Assembly (NCBI GenBank): GCA_029932985.1
Contig: JAOZPA010000004.1
Coordinates: 1 to 40,890 of the forward strand
DNA length: 40,890 nucleotides
From: Campylobacterales bacterium
GTDB lineage: Bacteria; Campylobacterota; Campylobacteria; Campylobacterales; JAOZPA01
Direction: 5' to 3'
This document shows positions 1-10,965 of this stretch, in pieces. Under the pieces are notes generated by a model that searched no databases, was not told where the DNA came from, and saw only the letters and a program-made list of their open reading frames with translations. The position numbers were made by a program, and so were the translations under genes. The number at the start of each line of letters is the position of its first letter. Positions within the stretch are counted from its first letter, which is position 1.

Positions 1-276
1 AGAAGATGTTGCTTGGTAAGTGGTATAACTTAATTATTGTCATAAATTAGATTTAAAGGCATTGAGTGAGATTTTAGATAAATTTCTAAGCAATTCCTAT
101 AAAAAAGGGTCTTAATATGAATTTAAACTCACTTATTGGCTCATTGCCTTACCCCTTATTTACTAAAATTAGGAATAAGAGATTAATTATAAATCAGCGG
201 TAAGGGGATTGGAGTATAAGTTGATTTAGTAGAAAAAGTGGGTATAATATTTAAAAGATTTATAAAAGGAGAGATT

Positions 277-747
277 ATGTTTGAGACAGGTTTTTTATCC
301 AATAAAGCACCATTATTTATGGATTTGGTGAGTTTGTATTTTTTAATTTTCCCATTTTTACTTTTTGTAGGCATATTTATAGTACACAAAAAAAAATTTC
401 TACTTCATAAATGGTATCAGTTAGGGCTGTTTTTTCTCACCTTAGCCGTCATTATATTTTTTGAAATTGGTATTCGATGGATTGGTGGATTTAAAGAATT
501 TTTAGACCAAAGTTCCATCTCACACGAATTTTTCATCTCCTACCTAAGTGTTCATATCTTTATCGCCCTCATTAGTGTGGTCGGCTGGGTCATCATATTA
601 ATCAAAAGCCACCTCTCCTCTAAGAGAAATAACTTTGATTCACCATTTTTCAAAAAACACAAATTTTACGGGCGGTTATTGATTTTGGGACTCACCCTCA
701 CAGCATATAGCGGTGCGGGGATTTATGCGATGTTATTCTTATTTTGA
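277..747 (+). CDS. DUF420-family membrane protein
   Basis: Four hydrophobic segments, conserved His (LLHKWYQ, SVHIFIA, KKHKFYGR). Start moved from 238 to ATG 277, which follows an AGGAG RBS and a TATAAT at 243-248. Confidence 0.75.
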   Translation: MFETGFLSNKAPLFMDLVSLYFLIFPFLLFVGIFIVHKKKFLLHKWYQLGLFFLTLAVIIFFEIGIRWIGGFKEFLDQSSISHEFFISYLSVHIFIALISVVGWVIILIKSHLSSKRNNFDSPFFKKHKFYGRLLILGLTLTAYSGAGIYAMLFLF

Positions 748-1301
748 TATTTCTCAAAAAACCACATAAAAGCATACATTAGCCCCGATGTTTTTGAGTA
801 TGATTCATCGAAAATAAAATCTTTTGCCTCGTTTAGGGGCAAATTAACCACCTCAATCTCCTCAATATCCACACCACCGCCATCATAAAGTTTCAAACTA
901 TCATCAACTTTTGCAAAATACATAGTCTGCTCACCCCCAGCAAATCCCACCGAAGTATAAAACGATGCAATCTTTTCAATATTTTCCACCGCCACCACAA
1001 AACCCGTCTCCTCCTCAATCTCCTCCTTGGCAATCTGCAACAATGACTTATCCTTATCCACAATCCCCGCACAAAGCTCATAGGTGAAACCATTCTGATT
1101 TGCCAGATAAACCGCTGGACGAAACTGCTTAACTAGCACAAATGAATCACACGAACTATTATATATCAAAATCGCCACACTATTATGAACTTTCACTACA
1201 TCCCAAATCTTCTCCACACCGTTTTGAGTATAAAAAACTCTTTTTGGGGTGAGATATTGCGAATCTGTAAAATCTGTAACTTTTGTTATCTCAATTGACA
1301 T
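723..1301 (-). CDS. Nudix hydrolase (NudF/NudK-like nucleoside-diphosphate-sugar pyrophosphatase)
   Basis: Nudix box GIVDKDKSLLQIAKEEIEEETG plus LVKQFRPA. Start moved to ATG 1301 (AGGA RBS). Overlaps the convergent gene by 25 bp. Confidence 0.85.
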   Translation of the reverse strand: MSIEITKVTDFTDSQYLTPKRVFYTQNGVEKIWDVVKVHNSVAILIYNSSCDSFVLVKQFRPAVYLANQNGFTYELCAGIVDKDKSLLQIAKEEIEEETGFVVAVENIEKIASFYTSVGFAGGEQTMYFAKVDDSLKLYDGGGVDIEEIEVVNLPLNEAKDFIFDESYSKTSGLMYAFMWFFEKYQNKNNIA

Positions 1302-1446
1302 CAAAATCCTTTTATCTGAAGTTGAATATAGTGGCTTAGTATTTGGCAAAGCACCCCTATCAAAATATTTTAGCAAAATTTTTATAAAAAATCTCTTTGA
1401 TAATTTTCACAATAGGTATAAATTTATCTAATGATATGGAATTATT

Positions 1447-1455
1447 TGCTATAAT
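1447..1455 (+). promoter_or_regulatory. extended -10 promoter (TGCTATAAT) of rodA-murB-hypA
   Basis: Perfect TGnTATAAT about 28 bp upstream of the rodA start. Confidence 0.6.
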
Positions 1456-1483
1456 TGGGGTTAAATTAATTTAAAGACAGATT

Positions 1484-2584
1484 TTGATACAGATAGATAG
1501 ACGAATATTTACACACTTTGATTGGCATCTACTAATTTTATTGATACCCATCATCGCAACTTCCCATTTTTTGATAATAGAAGCTAGTGATATGTTGGCA
1601 CGAAAACAGATGATATATCTTTGTGTGGGGGCTGGAGTATTTTTCTTTTTTTTCATTTTGCCCATTAGACGGCTTGATTGGCTCATTCCCACATTTTTTA
1701 TCATCTCATTAGGTTTACTGGTGAGTGTTGAGTTTTTTGGAGTTACTAAACTTGGGGCTAAAAGATGGTTGGCGATTCCCCTTACCCATTTTACCATTCA
1801 ACCCTCGGAGATAATCAAACCCGCTTTTATTTTGATGATGGCATATCTCATCAAGTACAATCCTCCACCGAAAAATGGTTATGGTGTTTCCGCTTTTATA
1901 AAACTCTCCATCTTCATATTAATCCCCTCTATTTTGATTTTAAAAGAGCCAGATTTGGGTACAGCCCTAGTGCTTTTGATGGTGGGATTTGGTACACTTT
2001 TTGTCGTGGGAGTGGAAAAAAAAATATGGTTAAGTTTGCTCATAATCGTGGGGTTGGCATCTCCTATTTTATATGCCTCACTCAAACCCTATCAAAAAAC
2101 TAGAATCAAAGATTTTTTACAGCATCCAAGTTATCAAGTTAAACAAGCCAAAATTGCGGTGGGGTCGGCAGGAATGTATGGCAAAAGCAAAGATGATGCT
2201 ACTCAAACTCACCTAAATTTTTTGCCCATCGCCACCAGTGATTTTATCTTTCCATACCATATTGAGCGGTTTGGATTTGTTGGGGCGGTGTGGCTGATGC
2301 TTCTCTATATGGGGTTGATTTTGCATCTGCTTTTTTTGACAACCAAGATTAAAAACGATTATTTCACCATCACGATTGCTACATCTTTGAGTATGATGAT
2401 TTTTATCTATATGGCGGTAAATATGCTTATGACCATCGGTTTAGCCCCAGTTGTAGGGCTTCCCCTGCCCTTTTTTAGCTATGGTGGAAGTAGCTTTATC
2501 GTATTTATGGCAGTTTTTGGAATTTTGGAAAACCTACTAGCTTTTAGATATGATATGCTTTATCAACATCTTAAATATTTGTAA
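1484..2584 (+). CDS. rodA: rod shape-determining SEDS peptidoglycan glycosyltransferase RodA
   Basis: SEDS motifs GAKRW, IQPSE, EPDLGTA, SDFIF, GLPLPFFSYGGSS; N-terminus DRRIFTHFD typical of Campylobacterota RodA. Confidence 0.92.
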   Translation: MIQIDRRIFTHFDWHLLILLIPIIATSHFLIIEASDMLARKQMIYLCVGAGVFFFFFILPIRRLDWLIPTFFIISLGLLVSVEFFGVTKLGAKRWLAIPLTHFTIQPSEIIKPAFILMMAYLIKYNPPPKNGYGVSAFIKLSIFILIPSILILKEPDLGTALVLLMVGFGTLFVVGVEKKIWLSLLIIVGLASPILYASLKPYQKTRIKDFLQHPSYQVKQAKIAVGSAGMYGKSKDDATQTHLNFLPIATSDFIFPYHIERFGFVGAVWLMLLYMGLILHLLFLTTKIKNDYFTITIATSLSMMIFIYMAVNMLMTIGLAPVVGLPLPFFSYGGSSFIVFMAVFGILENLLAFRYDMLYQHLKYL

Positions 2585-2629
2585 AATCATACTTTAGTCC
2601 CCAAACGGCTATCATAAAAAAGGAGAAAT

Positions 2630-3391
2630 ATGCTCATAAATTTTAAAAAATTTAGTTCTATAAAAATTGGGAATGAAGTAGAGGTTGAAGTGATTGATAA
2701 GATAAAAAAAAGTGAAAAATTTATCATAGGCAAGGCAAATAATCTTCTAATTTCCAATAATCCTCCGCCATTGGCGATTTTATCAAAAAAATTTAATTAC
2801 ATAAAGATAGAGGATTCAAAACTTCATATCGGGGCGATGACCCCAAACGGAAAAGTGGTATCTTTTGCCAAAAAACATAATTTAGCTAACTTAGAGTTTT
2901 TATCTCATTTACCAGGGTCAATTGGTGGGGCAATTAAGATGAATGCAGGGCTAAAGGAGTATGAGATTTTTAATAATCTTTGGGGGATTAAGACAGAAGA
3001 TGGGATTATAAAAAAAGAGGATATAGATTTTGGTTACCGATATAGTAAAATTGATGGCATAATTTTTGAGGGAATTTTTGAGATGAAAGAGGGTTTTAGC
3101 TATGAAAGATTGGAGTTACTAAAATCTATGAGAAAAAATCAACCTAAACTGCCAAGTGCTGGAAGTTGCTTTAAAAATCCAAAAGGAGATTTTGCAGGTC
3201 GATTAATCGAGGCAGTTGGCTATAAGGGTAAAAAAATTGGCGGTGTGGGCTTTAGTGAAGTTCACGCAAACTTTTTAGTAAATCACGGTGAGGGGACTTT
3301 TGATGATGCTGTAAAAATAATAGATGAGGTAAAGGCAAAAGTTTATGAAAAATTTGAGATAGAGTTGGAAGAGGAGATAATTATAATTTGA
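2630..3391 (+). CDS. murB: UDP-N-acetylenolpyruvoylglucosamine reductase
   Basis: PGSIGGAIKMNAG, FGYRYS, QPKLPSAGSCFKNP, HANFLVN. Confidence 0.95.
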   Translation: MLINFKKFSSIKIGNEVEVEVIDKIKKSEKFIIGKANNLLISNNPPPLAILSKKFNYIKIEDSKLHIGAMTPNGKVVSFAKKHNLANLEFLSHLPGSIGGAIKMNAGLKEYEIFNNLWGIKTEDGIIKKEDIDFGYRYSKIDGIIFEGIFEMKEGFSYERLELLKSMRKNQPKLPSAGSCFKNPKGDFAGRLIEAVGYKGKKIGGVGFSEVHANFLVNHGEGTFDDAVKIIDEVKAKVYEKFEIELEEEIIII

Positions 3392-3400
3392 GGAAAAGAG

Positions 3401-3742
3401 ATGCACGAATATAGTATAGTTGGGGCATTGATAGAGAGTTGTGAGGAGAATGCTAGAGAAAATGGTTCTGCGAAAATTACGAAAGTGGTGGTGAAGATTG
3501 GGGTGATGAGTGGGGTTGAGCCTGAATTATTGGAGAGGGCTTTTGAAACTTTTAAGGAGAATTCGATTTGTGATGGGGCGGAATTTATTATGAATATTCA
3601 ACCCGTTGTGATAGTTTGTAATTTATGCCAAAAAAAATCTACTTTGACGAAAAATGAGTATTTTTGCCCCCATTGCCAAAGTGTAGAAATAGAGGTGGTT
3701 GATGGCGAAGAGATATATTTAATGCAATTAGAACTTCAATAA
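3401..3742 (+). CDS. hypA: hydrogenase/urease nickel incorporation protein HypA
   Basis: N-terminal MHE Ni motif and two CxxC Zn motifs (CNLC, CPHC). Confidence 0.95.
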   Translation: MHEYSIVGALIESCEENARENGSAKITKVVVKIGVMSGVEPELLERAFETFKENSICDGAEFIMNIQPVVIVCNLCQKKSTLTKNEYFCPHCQSVEIEVVDGEEIYLMQLELQ

Positions 3743-3758
3743 TATATCCCCCTCCCCT

Positions 3759-3803
3759 CTCTCATTGCCTTTCCTCTCATTGCCTTTCCTCTCATTGCCT
3801 TTC
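3759..3803. repeat. tandem repeat, 3 x CTCTCATTGCCTTTC
   Basis: Three perfect head-to-tail 15-bp copies at 3759, 3774 and 3789. Confidence 0.95.
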
Positions 3804-3955
3804 TTCCCCCAAATAATCGGGTGCTTTTGCCAAATAATAACCCATTTTAGCATTTTGAATTCTAAAATTTTTTTTAAAAAAAAGTTACAATATGATTCAG
3901 TAAAATTTTCTTAATTTTTTTATTAATTAATTTAATAAAGTTTTTTTATTTTTTA

Positions 3956-3964
3956 TGGTACACT
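3956..3964 (+). promoter_or_regulatory. probable extended -10 promoter of the atp/tol operon
   Basis: TGGTACACT preceded by T-rich tracts, 38 bp upstream of the atpF' start. Confidence 0.45.
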
Positions 3965-4002
3965 ACATCCATATTAATATATCTTCTTGAAAAGGAGTAG
4001 AA

Positions 4003-4425
4003 ATGCTTGATTTAAGTTTTGGCTTGATTATTACTACTGCGGTAGTTTTTTTATTTTTGCTAAAATATTTAAGTGATAAGCTTTATGGACCTTTGTTGTA
4101 TTTTATGGACAACAGAAAGAAAAGTATTGCTGATGACTTGGCTAATGCTAATGCTAATAGTGCTGACATTGATGTTTTTAAAACCCAAGCGGCGGCTATT
4201 ATTAGTGAGGCAAAAAAAGAGGCTTCTGTGATTCGGGAGACTGCGATAAACCAAGCTAAGAGTATTGCGGGTGAAAAAACGCAAAAACAACGAGACGGGT
4301 TTGAGAGAGAGTATGAGAGTTTTATGATTAAGCTTGAAGAGAGTAAAGCTGAAATTAAAAACTCTTTAATGGCTAATTTACCTCTATATAAAGAGGGTAT
4401 CAAAATTAAATTAAGTCAACTGTAA
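4003..4425 (+). CDS. atpF': F0F1 ATP synthase subunit B'
   Basis: N-terminal TM, LYGPLLYFMDNR, coiled coil; first gene of the atp cluster. Confidence 0.9.
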   Translation: MLDLSFGLIITTAVVFLFLLKYLSDKLYGPLLYFMDNRKKSIADDLANANANSADIDVFKTQAAAIISEAKKEASVIRETAINQAKSIAGEKTQKQRDGFEREYESFMIKLEESKAEIKNSLMANLPLYKEGIKIKLSQL

Positions 4426-4434
4426 AGGGTCAAT

Positions 4435-4950
4435 TTGAAGATTAAATATCTATTATTTTTAATTCTACCAGCTTTTGCTTTTGCTTCTAGTGGAGGAGCG
4501 GAGGTTGAGACAGATTTTGTTGAACGAACGATAAACTTTTTGATTTTCTTTGGTATTTTATACTATTTAGTAGCAGACCATGTTAAAAATTTCTTCAATG
4601 GAAGAATTGATGGCATAGCAAATGAGCTTGATAATATTCAAATGAAATTATTAAAATCAAGAGCGAAAAAAACTGAAGCTATAAAATCTGTAGAAGATGC
4701 TAAAAAATTAGCTACTGAAATTGTAGCAACTGCAAAAGATGAAGCTATACTTCTTGCAAAAAAAGTTGAAAGTGATTCAGTAGTAGAGATTGAAAATATC
4801 GGGAAAGCTCATCAAGATAGAATTGAGATTGAAGAGCGGAAAATGGTTAGAGAGGTTGTTGGTGAAATAATTAATGATGCTTTTGATGATAAATCGGTTT
4901 CACTAGACAAAGATGATTTTGTGAACTTAGTGCTTAAGAAGGCTGCTTAA
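4435..4950 (+). CDS. atpF: F0F1 ATP synthase subunit B
   Basis: TDFVERTINFLIFFGILYYL followed by coiled coil; operon position. Confidence 0.92.
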   Translation: MKIKYLLFLILPAFAFASSGGAEVETDFVERTINFLIFFGILYYLVADHVKNFFNGRIDGIANELDNIQMKLLKSRAKKTEAIKSVEDAKKLATEIVATAKDEAILLAKKVESDSVVEIENIGKAHQDRIEIEERKMVREVVGEIINDAFDDKSVSLDKDDFVNLVLKKAA

Positions 4951-5474
4951 TGAGTGGTATCGCTAAAAAATATGTAAAAGCTTTAATTAGTGCTTGTGAC
5001 AAAACAACACTTAATGGAGTTAACGGAAATTTAGAAAAAATTGCAACTGCATTTAATGATGGTAAATTTAAAGATATTATCCTTTCACCTGATGTGAAAA
5101 AAGATAATAAAATTGAGTTGATTTTGTCATTTGATAAATGCAATGAGCAAACGGTGAATTTGATTAAAATTTTAAGCAAAAATGAAAAACTACAATCTAT
5201 TCCATCTATCACAAAAGAGCTTAAATACCAAATCGCACATTTAGATAGTAATTTTGAAGGTGTAGTGATTAGTAATTTTGAGGTCGGTAAAGAAAAAATC
5301 ATAGAACTTGAAAAAAGCTTAGGCAAAAAATTTGGGGCAACTGTAACTCTACGAAATAGAATAACAGATTATCCTGGAATAAAAGTTGAATTGGCTGATT
5401 TAGGTGTAGAGGTTAGTTTTTCCATGAGTAGATTAAAAGCTCAAATAGCAGAGCATATATTAAAAGCTATATAG
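4950..5474 (+). CDS. atpH: F1 ATP synthase delta subunit
   Basis: IAKKYVKAL N-terminus; lies between atpF and atpA. Confidence 0.9.
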   Translation: MSGIAKKYVKALISACDKTTLNGVNGNLEKIATAFNDGKFKDIILSPDVKKDNKIELILSFDKCNEQTVNLIKILSKNEKLQSIPSITKELKYQIAHLDSNFEGVVISNFEVGKEKIIELEKSLGKKFGATVTLRNRITDYPGIKVELADLGVEVSFSMSRLKAQIAEHILKAI

Positions 5475-5539
5475 AGAAGAGAAAAGTTGATTAAACTAAA
5501 CAACTTTCAAATTTTTATAAATTACAAGGAGTATATCAA

Positions 5540-7048
5540 GTGAGCACAAAGTTAAGAGCTGATGAGATTAGTTCAATAATAAAAGAGAGAATTGATAACT
5601 TTGAATTGAATGTCGATGTAGAAGAGACAGGAAAAGTTATTGGTTATGCTGATGGTATTGCCATTGTTTATGGATTAAATAATGTTATGGCTGGAGAGAT
5701 GGTTGAGTTTGAAACTGGCGATAAGGGAATGGCTATCAACCTTGAGGAATCAAGTGTAGGTATCGCAGTTCTTGGAAAAGGTACAGGCATTGTAGAGGGA
5801 AGTTCAGTAAAAAGACTTTCGCAACTTCTAAAAGTTCCAACTGGTGAATCTTTAGTTGGTAGAGTTGTAAATGCACTTGGTGAGCCAATTGATGGAAAAG
5901 GTGCTGTCGAAAATACAACTTACAAATTTGTAGAGGAGAAAGCTCCAGGGATTATGGCTAGAAAGTCAGTTCACGAGCCACTTCAAACTGGTATTAAAGC
6001 TATTGATGCACTTGTACCAATTGGTAGAGGTCAAAGAGAGCTTATCATTGGTGATAGACAAACTGGTAAAACGACTGTTGCAATCGATACAATTATCAAC
6101 CAAAAAACTGAAGGTGTAATTTGTATCTATGTAGCGATTGGTCAAAAACAATCAACAGTTGCTCAAGTTGTAAAAAAACTTGAAGAACACGGAGCTATGG
6201 ATTATACGATTATCGTAAATGCAGCAGCCAGTGATTCAGCAACACTTCAATTCCTTGCACCTTATACTGGTGTAACTATGGGTGAATATTTTAGAGATAA
6301 TGGCAAACACGCACTTATCGTTTATGATGATTTATCAAAACACGCCGTAGCTTATAGAGAGATGGCTTTGATTTTGAGACGACCTCCAGGGCGAGAAGCA
6401 TATCCAGGTGATGTTTTCTATCTTCACTCAAGATTACTTGAGAGAGCTGCTAAAGTAAATGATGAATTAGGGGCTGGTTCTCTAACCGCACTTCCTATCA
6501 TCGAAACTCAAGCAGGAGATGTATCAGCTTATATCCCTACAAATGTTATCTCAATCACAGATGGTCAAATTTTCCTAGAAACTGATTTGTTTAACTCTGG
6601 AATCCGACCAGCAATTAATGTTGGTTTGTCTGTTTCAAGAGTTGGTGGGTCTGCTCAAATTAAAGCTACTAAACAAGTTGCTGGAACTTTGAGACTAGAT
6701 TTGGCACAATATAGAGAGCTTCAAGCATTTGCTCAATTTGCTAGTGATTTGGATAAAGAGAGTCGAGCGCAATTAGAAAGAGGTCAGAGAATGGTCGAAG
6801 TTCTAAAACAAGGACCTTATGCACCTCTTACAATTGATAAACAAGTTGTTATAATTTATGCTGGAGCGAATGGTTTTCTTGATGATATTCCTGCTAGTGA
6901 TGTTGTACGATTTGAAGCTGAACTAATTCCATTTATCCAAACAAAATACCCTGAACTTTTCACAGACATCAAAGATAAAAAGAAAATTGATGATGCAATA
7001 AAAGAGAAGTTAGATAAAGTGTTAACTGATTTTAAATCAAATTTTTAA
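5540..7048 (+). CDS. atpA: F1 ATP synthase alpha subunit
   Basis: GDRQTGKT Walker [23 protein letters not shown]. Confidence 0.99.
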   Translation: MSTKLRADEISSIIKERIDNFELNVDVEETGKVIGYADGIAIVYGLNNVMAGEMVEFETGDKGMAINLEESSVGIAVLGKGTGIVEGSSVKRLSQLLKVPTGESLVGRVVNALGEPIDGKGAVENTTYKFVEEKAPGIMARKSVHEPLQTGIKAIDALVPIGRGQRELIIGDRQTGKTTVAIDTIINQKTEGVICIYVAIGQKQSTVAQVVKKLEEHGAMDYTIIVNAAASDSATLQFLAPYTGVTMGEYFRDNGKHALIVYDDLSKHAVAYREMALILRRPPGREAYPGDVFYLHSRLLERAAKVNDELGAGSLTALPIIETQAGDVSAYIPTNVISITDGQIFLETDLFNSGIRPAINVGLSVSRVGGSAQIKATKQVAGTLRLDLAQYRELQAFAQFASDLDKESRAQLERGQRMVEVLKQGPYAPLTIDKQVVIIYAGANGFLDDIPASDVVRFEAELIPFIQTKYPELFTDIKDKKKIDDAIKEKLDKVLTDFKSNF

Positions 7049-7062
7049 TAGAGGATTAGTTT

Positions 7063-7950
7063 ATGGCAAGTCTTAAAGATATTAAAAGACAAATTAAGAG
7101 TGTAAAAAACACTCAAAAAACAACAAAAGCTATGAAACTTGTTTCTACTGCGAAACTTAAAAAAGCGGAAGAAGCGGCAAAAAGGTCTCGTCAATATGCC
7201 ATAAAAATAAATGAAATTTTATCTGAAATTGCATATAAAATCAACCAATACAAAGTTGGTGGAGTGGAAAGTAGATATTTTAATAAGATAGAAAATCCAA
7301 AAACCATCGACCTACTTTTTGTCACTGCTGACAAAGGGCTTTGTGGCGGTTTTAATTCTCAGACTATTAAAAAAGTTTCCTCTTTAATGAAAGAGTTTCG
7401 AGCAAAAGATGTAAAGGTGCGACTAATAGCTGTTGGTAGAAAAGGTTTAGATTTTTTCAGATACCAAGATGAAGAGATACTAAAAAGCTATGTTGGAGTG
7501 AGTGCTTCACCAACTCCACAAAAAGCAAAAGAGGTTATCGACCCAGTTATTGAAGATTTTAACAACGGTGTAACTGACGGAGTGATTTTAATCCATAATG
7601 GATATTTAAATATGATTACTCAAGAGTTAAAAACGGTTAATCTTATGCCTGTTGAGCAGATTCCTGAACCTAAAGTTATATCTGAATCTATGATGGAGGT
7701 TGAACCTGCTGATGAGGAAGAGGCAATTTTGGAATCACTTGTGAAAAAATATTTTGAATATAATATCTATTATTCACTAATTGATTCACTAGCTGGTGAG
7801 CATAGTTCAAGAATGCAAGCGATGGATGCGGCTACTAATAATGCAACGGAAAAAGTAAATAAGCTTACAATTGCTTACAATAAAGCAAGACAAGAAGCGA
7901 TTACAACAGAACTTATTGAGATTATTAGTGGTATGGAAGCTTTAAAATAG
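7063..7950 (+). CDS. atpG: F1 ATP synthase gamma subunit
   Basis: KTTKAMKLVS, DKGLCGGFN, YNKARQEAITTELIEI. Confidence 0.99.
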   Translation: MASLKDIKRQIKSVKNTQKTTKAMKLVSTAKLKKAEEAAKRSRQYAIKINEILSEIAYKINQYKVGGVESRYFNKIENPKTIDLLFVTADKGLCGGFNSQTIKKVSSLMKEFRAKDVKVRLIAVGRKGLDFFRYQDEEILKSYVGVSASPTPQKAKEVIDPVIEDFNNGVTDGVILIHNGYLNMITQELKTVNLMPVEQIPEPKVISESMMEVEPADEEEAILESLVKKYFEYNIYYSLIDSLAGEHSSRMQAMDAATNNATEKVNKLTIAYNKARQEAITTELIEIISGMEALK

Positions 7951-7955
7951 CGATG

Positions 7956-7977
7956 ATAGGTTCGGCTTATGCCGAAC
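7956..7977 (+). repeat. REP-like palindrome, family 1 (ATAG-GTTCGGC-ttat-GCCGAAC)
   Basis: Perfect 7-bp stem directly after atpG; near-identical copy at 9463-9484. Confidence 0.7.
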
Positions 7978-8056
7978 ATTTTAATATTAATGAACCAAAA
8001 AACTTTAAGCGGTTGTAAAAAACCGACAATATCAGTTTTTTGAATATAATAATTAG

Positions 8057-9484
<1,428 letters not shown>

Positions 9485-9504
9485 AGTTTAAATGCTAATT
9501 ATTT

Positions 9505-9591
9505 GTAGGGTGCGATTTTTTCGCACCAAATTAATAGATAATAACAATTGATAAATTGAGCCAAAATTGGTGCGATTAATTCGCACCCTAT
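9505..9591. repeat. REPIN-like inverted doublet, family 2 (RTAG-GGTGCG-n7-CGCACC-AA)
   Basis: GTAGGGTGCGATTTTTTCGCACCAA at 9505-9529 and an inverted copy at 9567-9591, separated by an AT-rich spacer. Confidence 0.75.
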
Positions 9592-9608
9592 CGATTTTAA
9601 GGATAAAA

Positions 9609-9989
9609 ATGGATTTAACAAAATTAGAAATAGTTACACCACGAGGTATAATTTTTGATAAAGATGTAAAAACTGTAACTCTACCAGGAGCAGAGGGTGA
9701 ATTTGGTGTTTTAGCACAACATGCAGCCCTAGTTTCTATGCTTTCTCATGGAGTTATTGATATTGAACATAACGATGGAAAACGAGAAATGGTTGCTATC
9801 GATTGGGGCTATGTCAAGGTTGATGAAAATAAAATATCAATATTAGCAAATGGAGCAAAATCTATCTCACCAGATGGTGACATTAGTAAAACTCTAGCAG
9901 ATGTAGATAAATTATTTTTAGATATCACAGATGACAATGCAACTCTAGCTGCTACAAGAGCAAGAATAGAAAAAATAACGAGAGGTTAA
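9609..9989 (+). CDS. atpC: F1 ATP synthase epsilon subunit
   Basis: KLEIVTP, LPGAEGEFGVLAQHA. True start is ATG 9609 after AAGGA; the ORF-track start at 9567 lies inside the REP. Confidence 0.95.
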   Translation: MDLTKLEIVTPRGIIFDKDVKTVTLPGAEGEFGVLAQHAALVSMLSHGVIDIEHNDGKREMVAIDWGYVKVDENKISILANGAKSISPDGDISKTLADVDKLFLDITDDNATLAATRARIEKITRG

Positions 9990-9995
9990 AAAGTA

Positions 9996-10559
9996 ATGGA
10001 AGGAATTGACCTTTTAGTTGCTTATCTATCCAGAAGTAGTGCCATAACTTATATAATTTTGTTGTGGCTTTCTGGTTATTTAATAGCAACGATTTGGGTA
10101 TATATTTATAGATATTTTACCTTGAGAGACTGGCTTAGAGATGAAAGAAAATTTTTAAACTCTTTGTTTGTCGATAAAAACACCTATGCCCACGACTTAG
10201 CCCTTAGCAAATGTTTAGGCAAAGATTCAGAAAAAACTACTATGGAAATCTGCTTATCAAGAGCTGAAGTAAAAGCCACCTATGGTTTTTCATTTCTTTC
10301 AGTTGTTGCATCAACTTCCCCATTTATTGGTCTTTTTGGAACAGTAGTTGGAATTTTAGACACATTTTCAAAACTCGGTGGTGGAGGAGGCGGAGGTCTT
10401 GCCATAATTGCCCCTGCAATCAGTGAAGCATTAATCGCAACCGCTGTTGGAATTTTTGTAGCTATCCCATCATTTAGTGCGCATGTATCACTAAAACGAA
10501 AAGCTTATGAACTTCTTTCTGTACTTGACCAGCAGTATAAACTTCTAAAAAAAGAGTAG
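9996..10559 (+). CDS. tolQ: TolQ (MotA/TolQ/ExbB proton channel)
   Basis: SPFIGLFGTVVGI and ISEALIATAVGIFVAIP; upstream of tolR/tolB/pal. Confidence 0.88.
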   Translation: MEGIDLLVAYLSRSSAITYIILLWLSGYLIATIWVYIYRYFTLRDWLRDERKFLNSLFVDKNTYAHDLALSKCLGKDSEKTTMEICLSRAEVKATYGFSFLSVVASTSPFIGLFGTVVGILDTFSKLGGGGGGGLAIIAPAISEALIATAVGIFVAIPSFSAHVSLKRKAYELLSVLDQQYKLLKKE

Positions 10560-10561
10560 AT

Positions 10562-10960
10562 ATGAGATTTGACTGGGGAGAAAATCCCGATTTAAACATC
10601 ACACCATTAGTTGATATTATGCTAGTGCTTTTAGCAATTTTAATGGTTTCTACTCCTGCAGTTGTCTATGAAGAGTTAATCAAACTTCCTAGCGGTTCTA
10701 AATCCAGTGTTGTACAAAAAGCTCCAGATTTAGAGATTCGAGTAACTTCAAAACTCAAAATCTATATAGGTAAAAGTAAAAAAAGTATTGAATATGACAG
10801 CTTTCCAGACACCTTTCCGAGGAAATACAGTCAAGAAAAAAATAAAGATATTACAGTTTATATAAAAGCTGATAAAGATTTAAAATATGAGCATGTAATG
10901 AGAATATTAGGTATTGTGAAAGATGCGGGATTTAGAAAAATCTCACTAGAAACTGATTAA
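10562..10960 (+). CDS. tolR: TolR (ExbD/TolR family)
   Basis: LNITPLVDIMLVLL, IKADKDLKYEHVM. Confidence 0.88.
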   Translation: MRFDWGENPDLNITPLVDIMLVLLAILMVSTPAVVYEELIKLPSGSKSSVVQKAPDLEIRVTSKLKIYIGKSKKSIEYDSFPDTFPRKYSQEKNKDITVYIKADKDLKYEHVMRILGIVKDAGFRKISLETD

Positions 10961-10965
10961 AATAT

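Noticed and set aside
3401-3742. hypA without other hyp or hydrogenase genes
   Set aside because: A detached hypA is known in this phylum (e.g. H. pylori) and says nothing new.
3759-3803. Possible CRISPR array
   Set aside because: Repeats are 15 bp, head-to-tail with no spacers, and no cas genes are present.
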